Part shown: one piece after another, positions 17,948-26,891 of the stretch
How positions within the stretch are numbered: the first letter of the stretch is position 1
Layout of the letters: the number at the start of each line of letters is the position of its first letter
Virus record (IMG/VR): IMGVR_UViG_3300017714_002439
Source: a virus
Length of the DNA: 64,000 bases
Strand: one strand, 5' to 3'
Notes under the pieces: generated by a model
The model's database searches: none
Seen by the model: only the letters and a program-made list of their open reading frames with translations
What the model was told of the DNA's origin: nothing
Translations under genes and position numbers: made by a program

Positions 17948-18541
17948 ATGAAAAACTACAAAATTATACTTACAGATTGCGATGGAGTGTTACTTAATTG
18001 GGAGGCAGCATTTCACCAATGGATGGAGTCGCATGGACGTAAGGTAGTAGCGTCAGGTATGTATGACATTGCACAGCAATACGGATTAACTAAACCAGAA
18101 GGTAAGACACTTATTAAAATATTCAATGAAAGTGCATGGATGGGTTATTTAAAAGCATTTCGTGATGCACGAAGTGGTGTTGCTAAATTATACGAGCATG
18201 GATATCGTTTTCATTGTATTACTAGTTTAAGTTTAGATCAAAAAGCACAACGTTTACGAGCATATAACTTAGAAAATGTTTTTGGTAAAGGAACATTTAA
18301 AGAGTTAGTTTGTTTAGATACTGGTGCAGACAAAGATGATGCACTAGCAAAGTATAAAGATAGTGGACTTTGGTGGATTGAAGACAAACCAAGTAATGCC
18401 AGGTGTGGATCTCGGTTTGGATTACGACCTATATTGATTGCACATGAACATAATGAAAGTTCAAGCCTTGATCCTACAATGACTAGGTTAATGGATTGGA
18501 ATGCTATTACTACACATATTTTAGATAACGATAATATTTAA
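17948..18541 (+). CDS. HAD-family 5'(3')-nucleotidase-like phosphatase
   Basis: ILTDCDGVLLNW motif I, ITS motif II, WIEDKPSN motif IV. Confidence 0.8.
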   Translation: MKNYKIILTDCDGVLLNWEAAFHQWMESHGRKVVASGMYDIAQQYGLTKPEGKTLIKIFNESAWMGYLKAFRDARSGVAKLYEHGYRFHCITSLSLDQKAQRLRAYNLENVFGKGTFKELVCLDTGADKDDALAKYKDSGLWWIEDKPSNARCGSRFGLRPILIAHEHNESSSLDPTMTRLMDWNAITTHILDNDNI

Positions 18542-18582
18542 CAGCTGGCAAGTTAGGGCTTTATTTTTAACTCTGTTAAATG

Positions 18583-19323
18583 TTACTTAATATTATCGTC
18601 ACCGTAAATGTCTAGAACTGCACTTACCGCCGGGTGTCTTTCAACCTCATCTTTAGTGAATTCAACTACACTAATCATTTTATTGTTGCGGGTTTTAAGC
18701 AGTCCTACAAAATCTTTCAGACCGTTATGTTCAAAACCACGGTCATGCTGGTTGAGGTCTCCTGTAACTACTATCTTTGAATTGTTGCCAATACGGGTTA
18801 ACAACATTTTCATCTGACTTGGTGTAGCGTTTTGCATTTCGTCTGCAACGATCCAAGCGTTTTTAAATGTTCTACCACGCATGTAGGCTAACGGTGCGAT
18901 TTCGATAACATTTTCTTCTATCATGTTTTCGATTTCTTTTGGACCCCAATACTCTTCCATTACGTCGAATATAGGTCTTGTCCATGGTGCCATCTTTTCA
19001 ACAAGTGTGCCGGGTAGAAAACCGTGTTGTTCATCAACTGATACAGCTGGTCTAGTAATAACAATTTTATCGCATTGTCTATTATTCATTGCGTCTATGG
19101 CAGCTAATACGCCAAGCATTGTTTTACCTGTTCCTGCTGGTCCCATAGCAAACACAATATGCTTGCTGACATCATCTAGCATTTCAAGATAGTCCTCTTG
19201 AAGTAGGTTTTTTGGGATAATTTGCACGTGTTTCTGCCTACGTCTGTAAGCACTTACTGAAATAACATCATTTGAATAACTTTGATGTTGTTGTTTTTTT
19301 GTTTTTCGAGCTCTTTTTGCCAT
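18583..19323 (-). CDS. phoH: PhoH family ATPase
   Basis: GPAGTGKT, ITRPAV, GFLPG, AYMRGRTF, DEMQN, TRIG, GDLNQHD. Confidence 0.95.
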   Translation of the reverse strand: MAKRARKTKKQQHQSYSNDVISVSAYRRRQKHVQIIPKNLLQEDYLEMLDDVSKHIVFAMGPAGTGKTMLGVLAAIDAMNNRQCDKIVITRPAVSVDEQHGFLPGTLVEKMAPWTRPIFDVMEEYWGPKEIENMIEENVIEIAPLAYMRGRTFKNAWIVADEMQNATPSQMKMLLTRIGNNSKIVVTGDLNQHDRGFEHNGLKDFVGLLKTRNNKMISVVEFTKDEVERHPAVSAVLDIYGDDNIK

Positions 19324-19450
19324 CTTAACTCCTATTATAAGGTTTTTACATTGGCCTAACTTGCCTGCTCATAAGTATTTAACAAAGAAACGCATAAGTT
19401 AACATTGTGTTTAAAGTCTAGATAAATAAACATATAAGGAAGATAAAATT

Positions 19451-19978
19451 ATGGATCAAAATTACATTATAGATACACTTAAAAACAACATTAATCGTCA
19501 AAGTGCGTTAGATACACTTATTGACTTTGAGCGTGTTTTAGATAATCAAAACATTTATACATATGCAAATTGGCTTGACGGCGAAATTGTTGAGGGACCA
19601 CACATTGAAAAATATTGGGTAACAGTTACATTAATGTATCCATATGATAAAATGCCAGACCCAGAAGGTGCAAAGCGTTTGCTAAAACATGACTGTAAAG
19701 TATATTACGCAAAAGATACTTTAATTACAGCGGCTAAACTCAAAGACCCTACTGACAGTGAACCAAGAGATGGTTCAGATGGAAAAAGACCCGGGCAACA
19801 TAGAGCTCATAAAATTGAAGAACCAATTTGGTTAGTAACATTAGAAATTCAACGTAAGTTTATGCAAGAGTTAGCAACAGCAGATTTAAGTATAGCTAAT
19901 GATACACTAGATGGTGAATCGGTGAATGCAGCTATGGACGATGGAGCAGGAGATGATGATGCAACAGCACAAATCTAA
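19451..19978 (+). CDS. Conserved phage hypothetical protein
   Basis: ATAAATA at 19422-19428; AAGGA SD. Confidence 0.8.
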   Translation: MDQNYIIDTLKNNINRQSALDTLIDFERVLDNQNIYTYANWLDGEIVEGPHIEKYWVTVTLMYPYDKMPDPEGAKRLLKHDCKVYYAKDTLITAAKLKDPTDSEPRDGSDGKRPGQHRAHKIEEPIWLVTLEIQRKFMQELATADLSIANDTLDGESVNAAMDDGAGDDDATAQI

Positions 19979-20453
19979 TATCAGCGAAAACATTAAGCAT
20001 AATGATTTAGCAGGATTAGTAAATCCAATATTCAGCGTTGATCAGTATAAGTCAAAATTAGGCGAAGATGAGAATGTAATTGTAATTGCATTTGTTGTTA
20101 TGGATTTAGAACCAGCACAAGAACTAAGTCAATTTTTAGAAACTGGACATGACGTAATTGATATAGATGTTAGCACAGGTCCAAATGAAGACGGACATTA
20201 TTCTGTATTTGTCGAAATAGATAGAGATAGCAAAGCATTTGAATGTATAGATGCAATCGTTAAAGATGTTCAACGTGCAAACACAGAACTTACAAATCCA
20301 CAATTTACTAGTTACGAAGATAAGAGTCCAAGAGATTGGAACGAAGGAAACTTTACTGCCAACGTTATTGTTAATAGTTATGATTATGTGCTAAAACATA
20401 ATCCAGAAGCTAAACAAATAAAAGAAAGAATTGACTTCCTAAGGAAGTATTAA
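19959..20453 (+). CDS. Conserved phage hypothetical protein (start revised to 19959)
   Basis: AGGAG SD; DQYKSKLGEDENVIV. Confidence 0.75.
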   Translation: MQQHKSNISENIKHNDLAGLVNPIFSVDQYKSKLGEDENVIVIAFVVMDLEPAQELSQFLETGHDVIDIDVSTGPNEDGHYSVFVEIDRDSKAFECIDAIVKDVQRANTELTNPQFTSYEDKSPRDWNEGNFTANVIVNSYDYVLKHNPEAKQIKERIDFLRKY

Positions 20454-20467
20454 TTCAGGTAAAAAAG

Positions 20468-20935
20468 ATGTTTACAAAACTCAAAGTTTATATTATAATG
20501 TTTACAGCGTTTGCAATGTTTGCCGGTGTTGCTTATTGGTATTATAAAGATACACAAAAAGCACTAGCAGTTGCAGCCGCTAACCAAGCCAAACTTGAAA
20601 CAAGTTTAAGCATACAAAAAGAAACAACAGCAAGTTTGCAAGCAGATATAAAACTAATGACAAAAACAATACAAGAACTAAATCAAGAATTTGCACTAAG
20701 TAGATTAAATGTTAAAAAAATAGAACAATTATTTACACAAAGTGAAGATGGAACATCACGTGATTTTGGTGAGCTAACAATTCAGCAACCAGATTATGTA
20801 GAAGAAAAAATCCAAAAAGGAAATGACGAAGTTTTTAGATGTATAGAATTACTAAGTGGCCAGGAGGCCAAAACAGGAGAAAAAGAAAATGCAGAATTTA
20901 TTGATTGCCTCGGCACTAATACTAACACTGACTAG
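20468..20935 (+). CDS. Probable i-spanin (Rz-like)
   Basis: N-terminal TM anchor, long coiled coil, two C-terminal Cys; overlaps a lipoprotein gene. Confidence 0.6.
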   Translation: MFTKLKVYIIMFTAFAMFAGVAYWYYKDTQKALAVAAANQAKLETSLSIQKETTASLQADIKLMTKTIQELNQEFALSRLNVKKIEQLFTQSEDGTSRDFGELTIQQPDYVEEKIQKGNDEVFRCIELLSGQEAKTGEKENAEFIDCLGTNTNTD

Positions 20936-21242
20936 TTGCTCAAGCATACCTAACATAATAGACATTAATACTTCTCCAGTAGAAAGACCTCCACTAGTGG
21001 TCCCTGATGTAGATGAATTTACTACAAGACCTATTGAATGGACAGTTGTAACACCTGAGAATCAAGAACAAGTATTCCAGGATTTAAACAATGAAGATAT
21101 AGATGTGGTACTTTACGCAATAACTGACGAAGGATATAAAAATCTTTCGTTGAATATGGCAGATATTATTAAGTTGGTAAAACAGCAAAAATCAATAATT
21201 GCCGCTTACGAAAAGTATAACAATGAAGAAGAAGCAGAGTAA
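20889..21242 (+). CDS. Probable o-spanin lipoprotein (Rz1-like; start revised to 20889)
   Basis: MQNLLIASALILTLTSC lipobox followed by Pro-rich segment. Confidence 0.6.
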   Translation: MQNLLIASALILTLTSCSSIPNIIDINTSPVERPPLVVPDVDEFTTRPIEWTVVTPENQEQVFQDLNNEDIDVVLYAITDEGYKNLSLNMADIIKLVKQQKSIIAAYEKYNNEEEAE

Positions 21243-21906
21243 TCCTTGGGATGTCCTAGGCATCCAGCCAGATTCAAATCTCAAAGAAGTTAAGCAAGCA
21301 TATAAAAATCTTTCTATGCTACATCACCCAGATAAAGGTGGTAAAGTTACAGACTGGTTAGCAATAGCAGATGCATACGAAACTATTAAGACAAACAAGT
21401 ATGTTCCCATACTACCATCAACTAGCACACAATTGTTAAATTTAACTCTTAGTTTAAAACAACAAATTTTAGGAATTGATGATCTTGTTGCAATTGATGA
21501 TGGCAATGAAGAAATATACATGCAAGTTAAAATAAGACCTGGAGCAGTTTCAGGAGATAAAATACAAGTAGTTAAAGATAAAAAGAAATACATAATAAAT
21601 ATTAAAGATAAAGCACATTCGGTCTTTACAAGACAAGGTTCTTCGCTTATAATGTATAAAAAGATATCAGTAATAAATGCATTAAAAAGAACACCAATGT
21701 TAATTGAAGGACCAACAGAAGAGTTTATTGAAGTAGAATTACCTAAAGAAATACAAACTGGAACAATCCTAACATTACCAAATCATGGATTATATGATAA
21801 AAACAAAAGAAAGCGTGGAAATTTGAAAATACATTTAAATGTTGAACTACCAACTCTCACTGATGATAATATTAACGATTTTATAAAAAGGTTAAAAGAT
21901 GACTGA
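21223..21906 (+). CDS. DnaJ/CbpA-like J-domain co-chaperone
   Basis: NPWDVLGI..KQAYKNLSMLHHPDKGG (HPD); C-terminal DnaJ_C-like region with RGNLKI; no Zn finger. Confidence 0.85.
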   Translation: MKKKQSNPWDVLGIQPDSNLKEVKQAYKNLSMLHHPDKGGKVTDWLAIADAYETIKTNKYVPILPSTSTQLLNLTLSLKQQILGIDDLVAIDDGNEEIYMQVKIRPGAVSGDKIQVVKDKKKYIINIKDKAHSVFTRQGSSLIMYKKISVINALKRTPMLIEGPTEEFIEVELPKEIQTGTILTLPNHGLYDKNKRKRGNLKIHLNVELPTLTDDNINDFIKRLKDD

Positions 21907-24208
21907 TATTGAAAAAATTATTATTACTGCAATTGATTTAGCAAAACGTTTCAAGCATGAATACGTAACCATTGAGCATCTTACAGCCGTTATTTTAGAT
22001 GATGAAGAAGTTAGAAGCATGTGCTTTGATATTAATGCAGATTTTGAAGGCATTCAAGTTGCACTTATACATTACCTACAACATAGTTGTGATGAGATTA
22101 CAGGTGCAAAAGATGTAGAACCAGAGCCTAAAAAGACACAAATGTTAGAGCGTGTTTTTAATCGTGCGTTGACACAAGCATTATTTCAAGGTAAGAAAGC
22201 TATTGATCAGTTAGACTTAGTATTAAGTATACTAGGTGAAGATAAAAGCACAAGTTGTTTTTTCTCTCAAAGCCTAGGATTAACAAAATCAAAAGTATTA
22301 GCATGGATGCAAGAAAGTTATGCAGAAAACTTTAAAAGTAGTTACGATCAACAACAAGCATACGAAGAAGCATATCGTCAGCATCATAGAAAAAATCAAA
22401 TGGGACCACAAACACATATCGAAGTGTTACAACAATTTTGTAATAACTTATGTGAGAAGCATGCAGATTTTGAAGATGTAATTGGTCGTAGAGAAGAATT
22501 AAAAGATCTTGTGCAAACAATTGCACGTAAGAAAAAATCAAATGCTATTTTAGTAGGACCAAGTGGTGTTGGTAAAACAGCCATTGTTCAAGGACTAGCA
22601 AAACTTATTGTAGAAGGACATGTTCCTGAAATTATTAAAGGAACTACAGTTTGGGAACTTGATATGACCAAACTAATTGCAGGCACAAAATACAGAGGTG
22701 ATTTTGAAGAACGTATGAAACAATTAAGTGAAGCATTGCAAAAGCTAGATAACATTGTTTTATTCATTGATGAAATACACACAGTAATTGGTGCAGGTAG
22801 CACAAGTGGAAGTATGGATGCAGGTAATATGTTAAAGCCAGCACTTAGCAATGGTAAACTAAAAGTTATTGGTGCGACTACAGATGAAGAATATAGAAAA
22901 GTATTTGAAAAAGAAAGTGCATTAGCACGTAGATTTACAAAGTTAAATGTAATTGAACCAACAGTTCAAGAAGCAAAAGAAGTAGTGCGTAATACATTAG
23001 ATCATTACGAAGCATTCCATGAAGTAGATATTGATATTGCATCAGCAGATTTAGCCGTAGAGTTATCAGCACAGTATATCTTTAACAAGAAGCTCCCTGA
23101 TAAAGCGTTTGATATTATTGATAGAGCATGTGCATTTAACAGAATCCTACCAGAAGAAGAACGTGTAACAACTATTGGTATAGAAGAAATACGCAGCGAA
23201 GTAGGTAGATTAACAGGAATACCAAAAGAACATTTAGGCACAGCAGTAGAAGAACAATCAATTAAAAAACACACAGAAGTAAAATCATTTTTAGAAAATA
23301 CAGTATTTGGTCAGGCACAAGCAATAGAAAAAGTATCAAATGCAATTACAGTAAGTTTAGCAGGATTGAAAGATCCTAATAAACCTGTTGCTAGTTATTT
23401 GTTTACAGGGCCAACAGGTGTTGGGAAAACAGAACTTGCTACACGTTTAGCACAAGCAATGGGCATGAAACTGGTTCGTTATGATATGGCAGAATACCAA
23501 GAACGTCATAGTGTATCAAAACTTATCGGCTCACCTCCAGGTTATGTAGGACACGGAGATGGTAAAGCAGGCGATGGACTATTAATTACACACTTAGAAG
23601 ATAATCCAAATTGTGTATTACTACTAGACGAAGTAGAAAAAGCACACCCTGATATTATGAGTGTTATGCTAAGTTTATTAGATGAAGGTGTAATCACATC
23701 AAGCACAGGTAAAAAAGTCAGTGCAAAAAATGCCATTATTATAATGACAAGTAATCTAGGAGCAAGAGATGCCGCAATTAAGAGCATCGGATTTAACGAA
23801 GAAACATACAACGATAGTGCGGTAACAGAAGCTATTAATAACTTCTTTGCACCAGAGTTTAGAAATAGACTTGATGGTGTTATAAGATTTAATCCATTAC
23901 AGCCTGAAAATATGCAACGTATTGTTATAAAATTCTTAAGACAATTAGAAGGATATGTTGAGGGCAGACACATTAAAATTCATTGGAATAAGAACTTATT
24001 AAGCATGTTGCAAGATAAAGGATATAGTCCTACTATGGGTGCTCGTCCACTTGCACGTTTAATAAATGAAACAGTTAAATTACCATTGGCATCATATATG
24101 ATGGAAAATACAAACGTCAAAGAAATTGACATATCATATGATGCTAAAAAAGACACAGTCAATATTCTGCCAGCCAAACGGGTTATGGTAGATGAACAGC
24201 CAGCATAG
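21899..24208 (+). CDS. clpA: ClpA-like AAA+ unfoldase
   Basis: Clp N-domain, GPSGVGKT, FIDEIH, GPTGVGKT, IGSPPGYVG, LLLDEVEK, SIGF ClpP-docking loop, MGARPL; no ClpB middle domain. Confidence 0.93.
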   Translation: MTDIEKIIITAIDLAKRFKHEYVTIEHLTAVILDDEEVRSMCFDINADFEGIQVALIHYLQHSCDEITGAKDVEPEPKKTQMLERVFNRALTQALFQGKKAIDQLDLVLSILGEDKSTSCFFSQSLGLTKSKVLAWMQESYAENFKSSYDQQQAYEEAYRQHHRKNQMGPQTHIEVLQQFCNNLCEKHADFEDVIGRREELKDLVQTIARKKKSNAILVGPSGVGKTAIVQGLAKLIVEGHVPEIIKGTTVWELDMTKLIAGTKYRGDFEERMKQLSEALQKLDNIVLFIDEIHTVIGAGSTSGSMDAGNMLKPALSNGKLKVIGATTDEEYRKVFEKESALARRFTKLNVIEPTVQEAKEVVRNTLDHYEAFHEVDIDIASADLAVELSAQYIFNKKLPDKAFDIIDRACAFNRILPEEERVTTIGIEEIRSEVGRLTGIPKEHLGTAVEEQSIKKHTEVKSFLENTVFGQAQAIEKVSNAITVSLAGLKDPNKPVASYLFTGPTGVGKTELATRLAQAMGMKLVRYDMAEYQERHSVSKLIGSPPGYVGHGDGKAGDGLLITHLEDNPNCVLLLDEVEKAHPDIMSVMLSLLDEGVITSSTGKKVSAKNAIIIMTSNLGARDAAIKSIGFNEETYNDSAVTEAINNFFAPEFRNRLDGVIRFNPLQPENMQRIVIKFLRQLEGYVEGRHIKIHWNKNLLSMLQDKGYSPTMGARPLARLINETVKLPLASYMMENTNVKEIDISYDAKKDTVNILPAKRVMVDEQPA

Positions 24209-24842
24209 TCAACATCCAAAGTGGCAACCAGTCAGAAAACTATATTATAAAAAATATTATAATGTTGTTAGAACTGGCGCACATCCAACTCATCAAAAAA
24301 TAGACCTACCTAAAAAGTTTGCTAAACAATATAGGATAGTAGACAGATTTGTAGGCATACAACCTGATACTGACGGCAACAATGCGTTTACTAATATTGC
24401 TAGTGTATACACCAATAGCGAAGAATTAATACAGTATATCATAAAATATTACGAAGTTACTGGAATAGAAACGCCATATAATCAAACACATTTAGATTAT
24501 TTACAAGATACTAATAGAGAAATTATCTATAGAGATAAAGCATGGTATGATCAGTATCATCATAAAGTAAGAATATTTGAAACATGGCGTAGTAGAGGAT
24601 CTGTTAATAGGGCTAAGCCTATAGAAGTGTTAAATATGATTGACGAATTATTTAAACGCATAGATTCACGATGGAATGGACAAGGACGAGATCATTCAAA
24701 TTTATGGTCACATTCACGATATTTTTCTTATCCTACAATATATACCAACAATGAACCATCAATAATGCTACTTAAAATGTCATATAACTCAGTATTAAAC
24801 ATTAATGTGGAAACTGTAGTCACGCCAGATTTCCTAAAGTAG
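24192..24842 (+). CDS. Hypothetical protein
   Basis: 216 aa ORF overlapping the clpA end. Confidence 0.75.
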   Translation: MNSQHSQHPKWQPVRKLYYKKYYNVVRTGAHPTHQKIDLPKKFAKQYRIVDRFVGIQPDTDGNNAFTNIASVYTNSEELIQYIIKYYEVTGIETPYNQTHLDYLQDTNREIIYRDKAWYDQYHHKVRIFETWRSRGSVNRAKPIEVLNMIDELFKRIDSRWNGQGRDHSNLWSHSRYFSYPTIYTNNEPSIMLLKMSYNSVLNINVETVVTPDFLK

Positions 24843-24895
24843 ATAAATACAAGTATATATTTAGATATATAATATTGAATTAGAGAGACAAAATA

Positions 24896-25270
24896 ATGGC
24901 TAACACACAAATAGTATTAACAAATAAAGCAGAGCTTACTTATACCGGTGATAAGGTTAAAGGGGACGGCTATTATGGTTATGCAGATGGACTGCATACT
25001 ATGAGCTTTCATTTTAAGAATTTCAAAGGAAGAATTTTCTGTCAAGCAACACTGGTAGATGAACCAACCGAAGATGATTGGTTTAACATCGGGTTAGATA
25101 CAAATACAGATTACTACCAGTATACCACACAAACAAGTGGAACAGTAGGAACAACTTTCCAAGGAAATTTTGTTTGGCTTAGAGTCAAAATAGACAGAGA
25201 TTTTATTGGTGATTCAACATATGATTCAGCAACACATGGTCAATTTGATAAAGCAGTTCTTTTAATTTAG
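24896..25270 (+). CDS. Probable structural protein (beta-rich)
   Basis: ATAAATA at 24843-24849; begins structural cluster. Confidence 0.65.
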   Translation: MANTQIVLTNKAELTYTGDKVKGDGYYGYADGLHTMSFHFKNFKGRIFCQATLVDEPTEDDWFNIGLDTNTDYYQYTTQTSGTVGTTFQGNFVWLRVKIDRDFIGDSTYDSATHGQFDKAVLLI

Positions 25271-25301
25271 TATAAATATATAAAAGCAAGGAGAGTATAC
25301 A

Positions 25302-26111
25302 GTGCCAATTAAAGCGTTTAGTGGAAGTATTAGTTCATTACCATTACCAGAAGTCGTTCTTAGCGATGTGGTAGAAGATGGTGAGATTCTAGTTTATAAC
25401 AAATCTTTAAAAGTATTTGAAAATAACTTGGCAGCTGATAAGGCCACAGGTAAATTATATGTTACCGGTGCAGTTAGCACAGGTGGAAACAGCGTTGTAG
25501 ATTCTGTTGCTAATAGAGATATAAGACTAAAAGGTTTATCAGAAGGTAATATGATTACTATCGACGAAAGTGTTGATGGTAAGAGTTTAGTTATTGGAGT
25601 TAATTCAGCTATAGCAAATGCAACATCAGGTTTTACAGGTGAATTAAAAACAAGTGATCTTATAGTTGTTCCAGATAATGTAACAGTTGAGTATAAGTTT
25701 TATAAAGTTAATAACGGACAAGAGTTACAACTAAATGGAAACTTTACAATTGTATATAGAAATGGACGCAGATTAAGTCCAGATGAATATTCATTTACTG
25801 CAAATAACACTTGTATCTTTTATGAGATATTGGAAGGTGATGAATTACACATTGATACAATTACCGGTGAAACAGATAATAAACTAGTTCATAGTAAACG
25901 TGTAACAGTTCAAGCTGGTGTAAATGCATACGAATTCCAAGACCTACAAAACAATTTAATAACAATAAACAATCACTTTTTAGAAGTGTTTGTAAATAGA
26001 ATTAAAGTTCATCAACGTGACTACGCTGTTCAAGAGAACAAGGTAGTATTTGCTTCAGGAAGCATTGTTGATCAGGACGAATTAGAAATAATTACACTAG
26101 GAGACATTTAA
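25302..26111 (+). CDS. Probable baseplate/tail structural protein
   Basis: TATAAATA at 25271-25278; two VYRNGRRL / VFVNRIKV repeated modules. Confidence 0.6.
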   Translation: MPIKAFSGSISSLPLPEVVLSDVVEDGEILVYNKSLKVFENNLAADKATGKLYVTGAVSTGGNSVVDSVANRDIRLKGLSEGNMITIDESVDGKSLVIGVNSAIANATSGFTGELKTSDLIVVPDNVTVEYKFYKVNNGQELQLNGNFTIVYRNGRRLSPDEYSFTANNTCIFYEILEGDELHIDTITGETDNKLVHSKRVTVQAGVNAYEFQDLQNNLITINNHFLEVFVNRIKVHQRDYAVQENKVVFASGSIVDQDELEIITLGDI

Positions 26112-26890
26112 TGCCAAACACAAGAGTGACACATATAAAATCAGGCGCAGACGCTGATTTTAAATTAGAATACGATACAATTTATGTATACGATGAAGTA
26201 AACAATCAACTTACAACAGTAGCTGATCTTAGCTCTGTTCAAGCAAACCAATACGTATTTTTTGGAACAAAAAGCGACAGAAGAATTGACGCAGCTGAAA
26301 AGAATTTAAGTCTCCTAATTCATAAGCTAGAGTCACTTACTACTGACGATATTCCACAAGGTTCAAACAACACATATTTGTTAAACAATGGTTCAACAAG
26401 TCAAGCAGTGGCAACAGATGCTGTTAACTTAGATGTAAGTGGATCAAAAATATTCAAGCAGTTTGCAAGTGATAGATTAGAATTTAAAACTGTAAAAGCA
26501 GATACAGGTATTACATTAACAGAAGACGCAACAAGCGTTACAGTTGGATTAGACGGAAATGCAAATGCAAACAGCTCAAGCTGGAGTGCAAAAATTAACT
26601 TTGATGCAAATGGTGATCCAAGCACAGTAGAAAATTTACCAAGTGGTGTTACAGCTTCTGTAACAGGAACAGATATTACATTTACACATGGTTATGCAAG
26701 AAGTGTTAAAAGTGTTGTATACATGGGATACGATCAGGCTACAGACGAATATCGTATGAGATTCCCTACAGCAACGTATATTGTTAAAACAACGCCAGCT
26801 ACATTAACAACATCATTTACTATCAGTGTAAATACTGCGGCAACTGGTGCTGATGCAAGTGGACATGCGTTGATGAATGTGGTAATGTAA
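26111..26890 (+). CDS. Probable tail structural protein
   Basis: LTTDDIPQGSNNTYL repeat unit and LEFKTVKA..GITLT fiber-type motif. Confidence 0.6.
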   Translation: MPNTRVTHIKSGADADFKLEYDTIYVYDEVNNQLTTVADLSSVQANQYVFFGTKSDRRIDAAEKNLSLLIHKLESLTTDDIPQGSNNTYLLNNGSTSQAVATDAVNLDVSGSKIFKQFASDRLEFKTVKADTGITLTEDATSVTVGLDGNANANSSSWSAKINFDANGDPSTVENLPSGVTASVTGTDITFTHGYARSVKSVVYMGYDQATDEYRMRFPTATYIVKTTPATLTTSFTISVNTAATGADASGHALMNVVM

Positions 26891-26891
26891 C